Shown here: one piece after another, positions 20,196 to 28,702 of the stretch | How positions within the stretch are numbered: the stretch's first letter is position 1 | How the letters are laid out: every line of letters begins with the position of its first letter | Assembly: GCA_035530535.1 (NCBI GenBank) | Contig: DATKUS010000156.1 | Coordinates: forward strand, 188-64,187 | Length of the DNA: 64,000 nt | Source of the DNA: Bacteroidales bacterium | Lineage (GTDB): Bacteria > Bacteroidota > Bacteroidia > Bacteroidales > VadinHA17 | Direction of reading: 5' to 3' | The notes under the pieces: generated by a model | The model's input: the letters and a program-made list of their open reading frames with translations, nothing else | What the model was told of the DNA's origin: nothing | The model's database searches: none | Translations under genes and position numbers: made by a program

Positions 20196-21815
20196 ATGAA
20201 AATTTCAGGAAAAATAGTGGACCTGCATAAGAGGAAGATATATACCGGCGAGATCTCCTTTATGGGCGGAACGATTACCGCAATTAAGGAAGTTGAATCG
20301 GCTCCTGATCTTTTTATTATGCCTGGGCTTACAGATGCACATGTACACATAGAAAGTTCTATGGTCACGCCCTCACAGTTTGCTGTTGCGGCCGTGAGGC
20401 ACGGAACTGTTGCAGTTGTGTCGGACCCTCACGAGATTGCCAATGTAATGGGAGTTGAGGGGATTAATTTTATGCTTGATAATGCCGCCTCTGTTCCTGT
20501 GAAGTTTTCGTTTGGTGCGCCATCGTGCGTTCCTGCTACCTCATTTGAAAGCTCCGGTGCGGTTATAGGACCGGAAGAAGTAAGGAAGCTTTTGCTGGAT
20601 AAAAGAATAAATTACCTGGCAGAAATGATGAATTTTCCAGGTGTTATTTACGGTGATGAAGTTGTTACTGCAAAGCTGAAAATCGCACACAATGCAGGTG
20701 TTGTAATAGATGGCCATGCCCCGGGGCTCACCGGAGGAGACCTGGTGAAATATGCAGCTGCAGGAATATCTACTGACCATGAATGTTCAACTATCGAAGA
20801 GGCTCTTGAAAAGATCTCTCTCGGAATGAATATTCTGATACGCGAAGGCAGTGCCGCAAAAAACCTTAATGCCCTTGCTTCTTTGCTTGAATCTCATCCT
20901 GACAGGGTGATGCTTTGCAGTGACGATCTGCATCCTGAAATGCTTGAAAGAGGACATATAAACCTGCTCGTTGCCCGCCTTGTTAATAAAGAGTATGATC
21001 TGTTTAATATTCTCAGGGCAGCTTCAGTAAATGCTGCGGTTCATTACAGCCTCGGAAGTGGCCTGCTGAGGGTCGGGGATAAGGCAGACTTCATTGTTGT
21101 TGATGATCCTGGCTCAATGAAGGTTATGCAGACATGGATCGACGGTATCATGGTATTCGACGGCAGCAGAACCCTTTTTGACGCCGGGATTGTCTCAAAA
21201 ATCAATAAATTCAACTGCAACCATATATTGACGGATGAAATAGAAGTCAAAAACGGCGGAGCCACAATGAGGGTAATTACCGCGCAGAACGGAGAGCTGC
21301 TGACCGGATCCGTTATTGTGGAAACGGGAAATGAGCCTTTGGTTCACAGCAGACCTGATGAAGATATTCTGAAAATAGTTGTAAAGGAGCGTTACAATGA
21401 TGCCCCCCCTTCAATTGGCTTTATCAGGGGTTTCAGACTTAAACAGGGGGCTATGGCAACATCCGTGGCCCACGACAGTCATAACATTATTGCCGTGGGT
21501 GTTTCTGACGAGGATATTGTAAAGGCCGTTAACATGGTTGTGGATGCCGGAGGTGGGATGGCTGTTGTTTCAGAACAGGACAGCGAACTTCTACCTTTGC
21601 CAGTCGCCGGGATAATGTCTGACATGCCGGTATCAGCTATTGCGGAAAGCTATCTTAGGCTGACAGAGGCGGTGAAAAGACAGGGCAGCTCGCTCGACGC
21701 CCCGTTTATGACCCTCTCTTTCATGGCTTTACTGGTAATACCTGAACTGAAGCTCAGCGATAAGGGATTATTTGACGGAAAAAGTTTCAGGTTTGTACCT
21801 CTCTTTGCTGAATGA
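20196..21815 (+). CDS. ade: adenine deaminase
   Basis: Amidohydrolase motifs GLTDAHVHIESS, DGHAPG and HECST; 539 aa. Confidence 0.85.
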   Translation: MKISGKIVDLHKRKIYTGEISFMGGTITAIKEVESAPDLFIMPGLTDAHVHIESSMVTPSQFAVAAVRHGTVAVVSDPHEIANVMGVEGINFMLDNAASVPVKFSFGAPSCVPATSFESSGAVIGPEEVRKLLLDKRINYLAEMMNFPGVIYGDEVVTAKLKIAHNAGVVIDGHAPGLTGGDLVKYAAAGISTDHECSTIEEALEKISLGMNILIREGSAAKNLNALASLLESHPDRVMLCSDDLHPEMLERGHINLLVARLVNKEYDLFNILRAASVNAAVHYSLGSGLLRVGDKADFIVVDDPGSMKVMQTWIDGIMVFDGSRTLFDAGIVSKINKFNCNHILTDEIEVKNGGATMRVITAQNGELLTGSVIVETGNEPLVHSRPDEDILKIVVKERYNDAPPSIGFIRGFRLKQGAMATSVAHDSHNIIAVGVSDEDIVKAVNMVVDAGGGMAVVSEQDSELLPLPVAGIMSDMPVSAIAESYLRLTEAVKRQGSSLDAPFMTLSFMALLVIPELKLSDKGLFDGKSFRFVPLFAE

Positions 21816-21909
21816 CCATCAAGATTTTGCTGACAATTGCCTGTCGTACTTTGGATATTACAGAAGATTATATTTTTACCTTTAAGCTGGCCACAAAAAT
21901 CGATCAAAC

Positions 21910-23703
21910 TTGAACAAACCTGACTCCATAAAGTCCGCCGTTTCTTCCCTGCCTGACAGGCCTGGCGTTTACCAGTTCATGGACGGATCCGGTACAATAT
22001 TGTATGTCGGTAAAGCAATCAGTTTAAAAAAGCGGGTATCATCATACTTCGCAAAAAACCAGTCTGGCAAGACCCTGGTGATGCTCTCCCGTGCTTCAGA
22101 ACTGCGGCATATTGTGGTTGACAATGAATCTGATGCCCTTCTACTTGAAAACAATCTTATTAAAAAGCATCAGCCCAGGTACAATATACTCCTGAAAGAT
22201 GACAAGACATACCCATGGATATGCATTAAGAATGAGCACTTCCCGCGCGTGTTTCTTACAAGAAAGGTTATTGCCGACGGCTCATCTTACCATGGTCCTT
22301 ATACATCCGTGCCGGCAGTCCGCACGCTACTTGAACTGATACGGCACCTTTTCCAGATACGCACATGCTCTCTTCCTCTAAACCGAAAATCAATAGAGGA
22401 AGGCAGGTTCAAAGTCTGTCTTGAATATCATATCGGCAACTGCAAAGCACCATGTGTAGGACTGGTTAGCGAGGAAGAGCACAATGAACAAATCGCCCGC
22501 ATCAGGGATATCATAAGGGGCGATGTAAGTTCTGTGACTGGTCATCTTGAGGCACTTATGAAACAATATGTCCGCGAACTGAAGTTTGAAGAAGCGCAAA
22601 AGATAAAGGAGAAACTTGCCCTGATTGCGCGATACCGCAGCAAGTCAGTGGTTGTTAACACTTCCGTCAAAAATGTGGATGTTTTCGGATGCTCTCAGGA
22701 TGAATCCTCTATGTTTATTACTTATATGAAGGTTGTTGAAGGGGCGGTGGTTCAGACATATTCCATTGAGCTGAAAATAAGGCTTGAGGAAGAGAAAGAA
22801 TCACTTCTCTCAACCGCCGTTACCGAGATAAGGCAACGGGTTGCAAGCGACTCCCCGGAGATAATTGTGCCGTTTATGCCTGATATTCTGATAGATAGAG
22901 TAAAATATTCGGTGCCACAACGGGGCGACAGGCATAAACTGCTTGAGCTGGCAAGCAGAAATGCAGTCTTCTTTAAACTTGAACGGCGAAAAAAGGCCGC
23001 AGCACAGTCAAAAGAGAACAGGACGGGCCGTAACCTTGAAAAGATGATGAAGGATCTTCATATGCCCTCTTTGCCTGTTCATATCGAATGTTTTGACAAC
23101 TCCAATATCCAGGGTGAATCAGCCGTGGCGGCATGTGTTGTCTTCCGCAACGGCAAGCCCTCAAATAAGGAATACCGTCATTTCAATATCAGAACAGTCA
23201 CCGGGACTGACGACTTCGCCTCAATGGAGGAGGTTATTGACAGGCGTTATAGCCGCATGCTCAACGAAAAGGCTCCTCTTCCCCAGCTGATAGTGGTCGA
23301 CGGGGGCAAGGGGCAGCTTTCGTCTGCAGTAAAAAGCCTCGAAATGCTTGGACTCAGAGGAAAGATAACTGTAATAGGAATTGCAAAAAAACTGGAGGAA
23401 ATTTATTTTCCAGGAGACACCGTCCCTCTTTACCTTGATAAAAACAGCATAACACTTAAAATAATTCAGCACCTCAGAAATGAGGCGCACAGATTCGGAA
23501 TAAATTTTCACCGCGGTAAAAGAAGTTCAAAAATGAACAGTTCTTTTCTTAATGAAATTCCCGGAATTGGTGAAAAGACAAAGGAGCTGCTTCTTAAAAA
23601 ATTCGGCTCTGTTAAAAAAATCAGTGAAGTCGCTCCGGAGGAGATTGAAAAGGTCATCGGTAAAAAAAAGGCATTGGCGGTGGCTGAGGCTCTCCTGAAA
23701 TGA
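21910..23703 (+). CDS. uvrC: excinuclease ABC subunit C
   Basis: GIY-YIG (PGVYQF..ILYVGKA..LKKRVSSYF), a UVR domain, a C-terminal endonuclease domain and (HhH)2; TTG start. Confidence 0.95.
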   Translation: MNKPDSIKSAVSSLPDRPGVYQFMDGSGTILYVGKAISLKKRVSSYFAKNQSGKTLVMLSRASELRHIVVDNESDALLLENNLIKKHQPRYNILLKDDKTYPWICIKNEHFPRVFLTRKVIADGSSYHGPYTSVPAVRTLLELIRHLFQIRTCSLPLNRKSIEEGRFKVCLEYHIGNCKAPCVGLVSEEEHNEQIARIRDIIRGDVSSVTGHLEALMKQYVRELKFEEAQKIKEKLALIARYRSKSVVVNTSVKNVDVFGCSQDESSMFITYMKVVEGAVVQTYSIELKIRLEEEKESLLSTAVTEIRQRVASDSPEIIVPFMPDILIDRVKYSVPQRGDRHKLLELASRNAVFFKLERRKKAAAQSKENRTGRNLEKMMKDLHMPSLPVHIECFDNSNIQGESAVAACVVFRNGKPSNKEYRHFNIRTVTGTDDFASMEEVIDRRYSRMLNEKAPLPQLIVVDGGKGQLSSAVKSLEMLGLRGKITVIGIAKKLEEIYFPGDTVPLYLDKNSITLKIIQHLRNEAHRFGINFHRGKRSSKMNSSFLNEIPGIGEKTKELLLKKFGSVKKISEVAPEEIEKVIGKKKALAVAEALLK

Positions 23704-23724
23704 CCTGTTTTCACGTGGAACAGG
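23704..23724 (+). terminator. hairpin CCTGTTttcacgtggAACAGG with a degenerate parS-like core, followed by CTTTTCG
   Basis: A 6-8 bp stem starting 1 nt after the uvrC stop. The core GTTTTCACGTGGAACA matches parS at 13 of 16 positions. Confidence 0.4.
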
Positions 23725-23815
23725 CTTTTCGAAAAACGGCAATAACTATCACTAAAACAGGATGTTATCCCGAATTACCCGTAGTCTTAACTTCACGAGA
23801 ATTGAATGGATTTGC

Positions 23816-24256
23816 CTATGCCGGCAGATGCCCGAAGATTTTCTTCAGAAAACGGTGAAAAGAATGCATGCCATCCGGTTTCCAGAACATCATGATACAT
23901 TCATTATGTATCAGGTTGACATTTTCTTTTTCCAATTCGGAGATAGTTGATTTTGATTCTGCCCCCTGCTGAATCCAGAGATTTTTAATCCCTTTTGAAA
24001 TTGACGCCCTGGCAACAGACAGCGTTTCTTCTTTGGGGGTCATAAAAATGACACCCTTTATGTCAGACGGAAGGTCGCTGATCGAATTATAACATTTGAC
24101 ACCATCAATAGTGTCTGCAGCGGGATTTACAGGAACAACGTCCATTCCCTTTTTGCGAAGAGTCTTAAACACTACATGCCCGAACTTCTTCGGGTCCCTT
24201 GAAACTCCTGCCACAGCATATTTGTCTGCGGCCAGGAAAGCTACAATATCTTTCAT
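23816..24256 (-). CDS. CoA-binding domain protein (YccU/YneT-like)
   Basis: 146 aa. AVAGVSRDP.KFGH..FK.L...G..V.PVNP is typical of the CoA_binding_2 family. Confidence 0.75.
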   Translation of the reverse strand: MKDIVAFLAADKYAVAGVSRDPKKFGHVVFKTLRKKGMDVVPVNPAADTIDGVKCYNSISDLPSDIKGVIFMTPKEETLSVARASISKGIKNLWIQQGAESKSTISELEKENVNLIHNECIMMFWKPDGMHSFHRFLKKIFGHLPA

Positions 24257-25227
24257 TTTTTACGCGAAGTTGAATATAAAACAAATTGAATCAGAGCTGT
24301 TTTCGTCTCCGATTCCGGATAAGCGTCCAGTTTCCTCATTGCCATGTCAGCATATTCTGCCATTTTGGCCTCAGCATATTCAAGCCCCCGGTGATGTTTC
24401 ACAAAATCAATCACCTCGTGTATCTCTTTTCTTCCCTTTTTCTTTTTTCTGATTATCCGGATGATCTTTCTTCGCTCTATTGGTCCGGCTTCCCGGAGGG
24501 CGTGTATAAGGGGAAGGGTTATTTTTTTCTCCTTGATGTCATTACCCTCTTTTTTCCCTGTCAGTCCGTTACTTTCATAATCCAGCAGGTCATCTTTAAT
24601 CTGGAATGCTATTCCGGTGGTCTCACCAAACACCTTCATTGAAGACACAACCGCCGGGTCATCCGTGACCGAACTGGCGCCACAGGCAGTGCATGCCCCG
24701 ATAAGCGCTGCCGTCTTCATTCTTATTATCCGGAAATAGTCCGCCTCGCTTATATTCAGCCTGCGCGTCTTCTGCAGCTGGACAAGCTCTCCCTTGATTA
24801 TTTCTTTCACGGCCGAAGAGACGATCTCAAGCATACCGTAACTCTTTTTTTCAACACTGATAAGCAGGCCCTGAGCAAGCAGGTAATCTCCCACAAGGAC
24901 CGCTATCTTTGAATTCCAGAGAGCATTTATTGAAGGAAGACCCCGCCTTTCAACAGCTTCATCCACAACATCATCATGCACCAGGGTTGCTGTGTGGAGA
25001 AGCTCAATGAGTGTCGCCGCAACGAACGAGGACTCATTTATTTTCCCGTTTAGTTTTGCTGTAAGGAAAACCAGCATAGGTCTCATCTGTTTGCCTTTCC
25101 GGCGCAGAATGTAGTTAAGGATAATGTGGAAGAACGGCACATCAGTCTGGAGTGTGCGGTTGAAGTAGGACTTAAAATCCCTCATTTCTTCTGCAACCGG
25201 ATTCTTGATATCTGATAAAATTGCCAT
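24253..25227 (-). CDS. polyprenyl diphosphate synthase (IspB-like)
   Basis: First and second Asp-rich motifs LVHDDVVDE and IKDDLLD. ATG 25227 is preferred because a TAnnTTTG element sits 21 nt upstream of it. Confidence 0.85.
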   Translation of the reverse strand: MAILSDIKNPVAEEMRDFKSYFNRTLQTDVPFFHIILNYILRRKGKQMRPMLVFLTAKLNGKINESSFVAATLIELLHTATLVHDDVVDEAVERRGLPSINALWNSKIAVLVGDYLLAQGLLISVEKKSYGMLEIVSSAVKEIIKGELVQLQKTRRLNISEADYFRIIRMKTAALIGACTACGASSVTDDPAVVSSMKVFGETTGIAFQIKDDLLDYESNGLTGKKEGNDIKEKKITLPLIHALREAGPIERRKIIRIIRKKKKGRKEIHEVIDFVKHHRGLEYAEAKMAEYADMAMRKLDAYPESETKTALIQFVLYSTSRKK

Positions 25228-25248
25228 TACCGTTCCCCGTAGTGGATT

Positions 25249-25256
25249 CAAAAATA
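25249..25256 (-). promoter_or_regulatory. Bacteroidota -7 promoter element TATTTTTG (minus strand)
   Basis: Exact match to TAnnTTTG, 21 nt upstream of ATG 25227. Confidence 0.4.
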
Positions 25257-25333
25257 AGATAAAATGTGAATATGTCATAAATTGTTCTGAAATGTACTGT
25301 GACATTGTAATGGATCATATGAACATATTTACA

Positions 25334-25341
25334 TACATTTG
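25334..25341 (+). promoter_or_regulatory. Bacteroidota -7 promoter element TACATTTG
   Basis: Exact match to TAnnTTTG, 19 nt upstream of ATG 25361. Confidence 0.4.
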
Positions 25342-25360
25342 CAAAACAAGTTAGAATTGA

Positions 25361-25657
25361 ATGAGCAACATTAATCTGGATCCTGAAAGGCTGGAAAGGG
25401 CAGCAGGAATACTAAAAGCAATGGCGCATCCTGTGCGGATCTCCATACTTAACGCCCTCGAGGGGAACAAAAAAATGACGGTTACCGAAATTCATAAACT
25501 GCTGGGGCTGGAACAGTCTACAGCATCGCATCACCTTGGAATAATGAAGGATAAACGCGTCCTTGTTTCACGCCGCGAGGGAAAGAACATCTATTATTCG
25601 ATCCGTGATGAAAGCCTGAAAAACCTTCTCTATTGCCTTAACAGCTGCGAGAAGTGA
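25361..25657 (+). CDS. ArsR/SmtB family transcriptional regulator
   Basis: 98 aa. LKAMAHPVRISILNAL..MTVTEI...L.QSTASHHL is the classic ArsR HTH. Confidence 0.85.
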   Translation: MSNINLDPERLERAAGILKAMAHPVRISILNALEGNKKMTVTEIHKLLGLEQSTASHHLGIMKDKRVLVSRREGKNIYYSIRDESLKNLLYCLNSCEK

Positions 25658-26266
25658 TCATTTGGCGTCTCCCAGGAATTTCTTCTGAAATACTAGTATT
25701 GAAAGTACGCCGGTTGTTATGGATGAGTCGGCAAGGTTAAACACAGGCCTGAAGAATATCAGTGTTTCGCCCGGTCTGAAGGGAGACCATGACGGCCAGT
25801 GGGTATCGATGATCGGGAAATAGAGCATGTCAACAACACGGCCGTGCAAAAATGAAGAATAGCCTCCTCCCTGAGGAAACATGACCGCCGGGGTATGCCA
25901 GCTCTCACTGAATATCATTCCGTAAAAAGCACTGTCAATAAGATTTCCCATTGCTCCGGCAACGATGGCGCTTACTGCCAGGATCAGGCCAAGAGGTGCC
26001 TTATTGCGGATGATGCTGATCAGGTACCAGAATATGCCGGCGATGGCTGTCATCCTGAAAATACTAAGCGCTGCCTTTCCGGCTTTGCCACCCCACTCCA
26101 TTCCGAACGCCATGCCATTGTTCTCGAGAAAATGAAGCCTGAACCAGCTTCCCAGCACAGGGATCTCATCGCCTATTACCATGTTGGTCTTGATCAGGAT
26201 CTTGACAACCTGATCAACGATCAGTATTGAAAATATAAGCAGGAGTGACTTGTTTCTCAGCGACAT
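25658..26266 (-). CDS. lspA: lipoprotein signal peptidase (signal peptidase II)
   Basis: Four TM helices with NNGMAFG and FNLADSSI motifs. Start taken at MSLRNKS. Confidence 0.85.
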   Translation of the reverse strand: MSLRNKSLLLIFSILIVDQVVKILIKTNMVIGDEIPVLGSWFRLHFLENNGMAFGMEWGGKAGKAALSIFRMTAIAGIFWYLISIIRNKAPLGLILAVSAIVAGAMGNLIDSAFYGMIFSESWHTPAVMFPQGGGYSSFLHGRVVDMLYFPIIDTHWPSWSPFRPGETLIFFRPVFNLADSSITTGVLSILVFQKKFLGDAK

Positions 26267-26469
26267 CTCTTCTTTTCGTAATTTGCAGCAAAGTAGCAAA
26301 AAAAATTACTGTGAGCCAAATATGAAATGCCACATCGCCACTACTTCCTGCATTCCACTTCAATGAGAGGATTTCTCATCATGAAACAGCAGTACCTTAG
26401 GGCGCTAAAGTGAAGGGAAAAAGTGGAAAGGGGATACAGCCCTGAATGCAAACGGCAAACAACCCAAAA

Positions 26470-28116
26470 TCAGCAATATAAGAATCTCTTGATTTTCAGG
26501 GTTGCCGTTTTCTGGAACGGCTCAGGCTGCAACACAACCAGCTGCACCTGGCTGAATTTGTTGACTTTTGAGTTCACGTATTTCCGGATCTCTTCCAGAT
26601 ACTCATCTATCTTAACTTCCGCCTGCTCTGTTAGCTCCTTCTTCATGCTCTGGTATTTTGCCTGAAGCTCATCCATATTGAGGTGCACCATTGCAACCAG
26701 TTTGCCTTTTTTCTGGACAACCAGCGACTCTATTACCAGGCTGAAATCATTGATAACAGATTCTATCTCTTCCGGATATATATTCTGGCCGCTAGATCCT
26801 ACTATCATGTTTTTAAGTCTGCCCTTCAGGCTCAGGTATCCGTTTTTATTGAGGACCCCAAGATCTCCTGTGCGGAACCATCCGTCAGGAGTAATGGCGT
26901 CTGCTGTCATTGACGGGTCATTATAATAACCCCTCATTACATTATCTCCTTTAGCCCAGACTTCTCCTTCTCCGGTAATGGGATCAGGATTACTTATTTT
27001 GAGAGTAACCCCCTCCATTGCCGGCCCGGTTGAACCAAGCCGTGGACTACCAACGCACGTACCTGCAAGCAGGGGCGACGTTTCCGTCAGTCCGTACCCT
27101 ATTGCATAGGGGAATTTTGCTTCAATCAGGAATTTCTCAACGGTGGGATTGAGCTTAGCTCCTCCAATGCCGAAGAATCTTAGTCTTCCTCCAAAGGTCT
27201 TGTATAGCTTCTTTCCTGCAGCCTTGTTAAGGATCTTACGGAAGAAGGACATACGGTAAAGGATTGATAGCAGCTTGCTTTCATGGAAAGCAGGAGCTAT
27301 TTTGTTGAAATAGATCTTTTCCATGATCAGGGGCACTGTAAGCATGGTGGTGGGCCTTACAGCTGAAAGGGCCGGCAGCAGTACCGCTGGTGTTGGAGGC
27401 TTCCGAAGATAGTATACTGATGCGCCGTTGAAGATCGGCAGAATAAGGCCGAGGGTCTGCTCATAAGTGTGTGACAGAGGAAGAATGCTCAGGAAAACAT
27501 CCTGGTCATTTACCCTCTGTATTGTAAGAGTCTTCTCAGCAGTGAAGCAAAGGTTCTTATGGGTCAGCATCACACCCTTGGACTTTCCGGTAGTGCCAGA
27601 TGTATAAATAAGCGCCGCAAGATCTTCCTCTTCCACAGGATATTCTTTTTCGGGTCTTGCCGAAGGTTCATAACCGGCTCCGTTGTACCCTGAGATTATA
27701 GCAAAGTCATCAAGTGTGATTGCAAGCCTGAGGGTCTCTGATGAATAGCCCGCCAGCTTTCCAGTAAGTGCGCCGGAGACAAATATTGCTGTTGCTTCGG
27801 AATGACGAAGGACATTTGACACCTCATCAGAGGTAAAATCGGGCAGCACGGGCACCACTACGGCGCCCATTGATACAATGGCCAGGTAAGTAATGCCCCA
27901 GTTAGGCATGCTGCCACTCAGTATCGCCACTTTATCGCCACGGCCGATGGAATACTTTTCAAGCAGTGCCATTACCGCATCAACGGATCTCTTCACGTCG
28001 TTATAGGTGAGAACCGGTTCTCCCACAAAACCCAACGCATTATGCTGACCATACTTACTGAAGCTTTTCTCCGCAAAATATGGTATTGTCAATGTCTGTT
28101 TTTCATTCATCCCCAT
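26470..28116 (-). CDS. long-chain fatty acid--CoA ligase (AMP-binding family)
   Basis: AMP-binding motif YTSGTTGKSKGVMLTH, plus GYGLTE, TGDLG and the C-terminal LKIKR. Confidence 0.85.
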   Translation of the reverse strand: MGMNEKQTLTIPYFAEKSFSKYGQHNALGFVGEPVLTYNDVKRSVDAVMALLEKYSIGRGDKVAILSGSMPNWGITYLAIVSMGAVVVPVLPDFTSDEVSNVLRHSEATAIFVSGALTGKLAGYSSETLRLAITLDDFAIISGYNGAGYEPSARPEKEYPVEEEDLAALIYTSGTTGKSKGVMLTHKNLCFTAEKTLTIQRVNDQDVFLSILPLSHTYEQTLGLILPIFNGASVYYLRKPPTPAVLLPALSAVRPTTMLTVPLIMEKIYFNKIAPAFHESKLLSILYRMSFFRKILNKAAGKKLYKTFGGRLRFFGIGGAKLNPTVEKFLIEAKFPYAIGYGLTETSPLLAGTCVGSPRLGSTGPAMEGVTLKISNPDPITGEGEVWAKGDNVMRGYYNDPSMTADAITPDGWFRTGDLGVLNKNGYLSLKGRLKNMIVGSSGQNIYPEEIESVINDFSLVIESLVVQKKGKLVAMVHLNMDELQAKYQSMKKELTEQAEVKIDEYLEEIRKYVNSKVNKFSQVQLVVLQPEPFQKTATLKIKRFLYC

Positions 28117-28223
28117 AAGATGTTTATCGGATGCAAAGGTAGTTCTTTTATGCTTCGTAAAACACTAAGGCTGTAATTATCAGACCCCAAAGTCTTATTA
28201 AACAAAAATGCTGATAAATAGTT

Positions 28224-28231
28224 TAATTTTG
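28224..28231 (+). promoter_or_regulatory. Bacteroidota -7 promoter element TAATTTTG
   Basis: Exact match to TAnnTTTG, 21 nt upstream of ATG 28253. This supports the shorter queD start. Confidence 0.4.
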
Positions 28232-28252
28232 CAGACACCAATAAATCTTCAT

Positions 28253-28702
28253 ATGGCAGTAATCAGGATCACAAAGGAATTTCGTTTTGAGATGGCACAT
28301 GCTCTCTGGAACTATGACGGTCCGTGCCGCAATGTTCACGGACATTCATATATTCTCTATGTTACCTTTTCGGGGGTTCCGGCAGACGATCCGGCAGATC
28401 CGAGGAACGGAATGGTCATTGACTTCGGAGACCTGAAAAATATCGTTGAGGAAAATATAATTGAGAAATTTGACCATGCACTTATGGTTGCCGGCTTTGC
28501 CCCGGATGAAAAGATTAAGAGTTATCGCACTCACTTTGAAAATGTGATTGTGACACCGTATCAGCCTACATGTGAGAACCTGGCGGCAGACATAGCCAGG
28601 ACTGTTTCAGAAAAAACGCCTTCAGGCGTAGAGCTTCACAGCGTAAGACTTTATGAAACCGCCACCTCGTTTGCTGAGTGGCATGCATCAGACAACAGGT
28701 GA
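28253..28702 (+). CDS. queD: 6-carboxytetrahydropterin synthase
   Basis: FRFEMAHAL...C.NVHGHSY and DH motifs of the PTPS/QueD family. Confidence 0.85.
   Translation: MAVIRITKEFRFEMAHALWNYDGPCRNVHGHSYILYVTFSGVPADDPADPRNGMVIDFGDLKNIVEENIIEKFDHALMVAGFAPDEKIKSYRTHFENVIVTPYQPTCENLAADIARTVSEKTPSGVELHSVRLYETATSFAEWHASDNR

Noticed and set aside
26300-26469. 170-bp gap between lspA and the acyl-CoA ligase gene as a possible small RNA or micro-ORF locus (14-aa and 16-aa ORFs)
   Set aside because: No convincing hairpin terminator, promoter element or conserved-looking structure is visible, and the micro-ORFs lack any supporting signal.
28678-28702. 25-nt overlap of polA with queD
   Set aside because: This probably comes from choosing the longest ORF. 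An in-frame GTG at 28699 gives the common GTGA stop/start overlap and an N-terminus (VKENNEDKRLFLLDAY) that fits PolI better. It is not biologically unusual.
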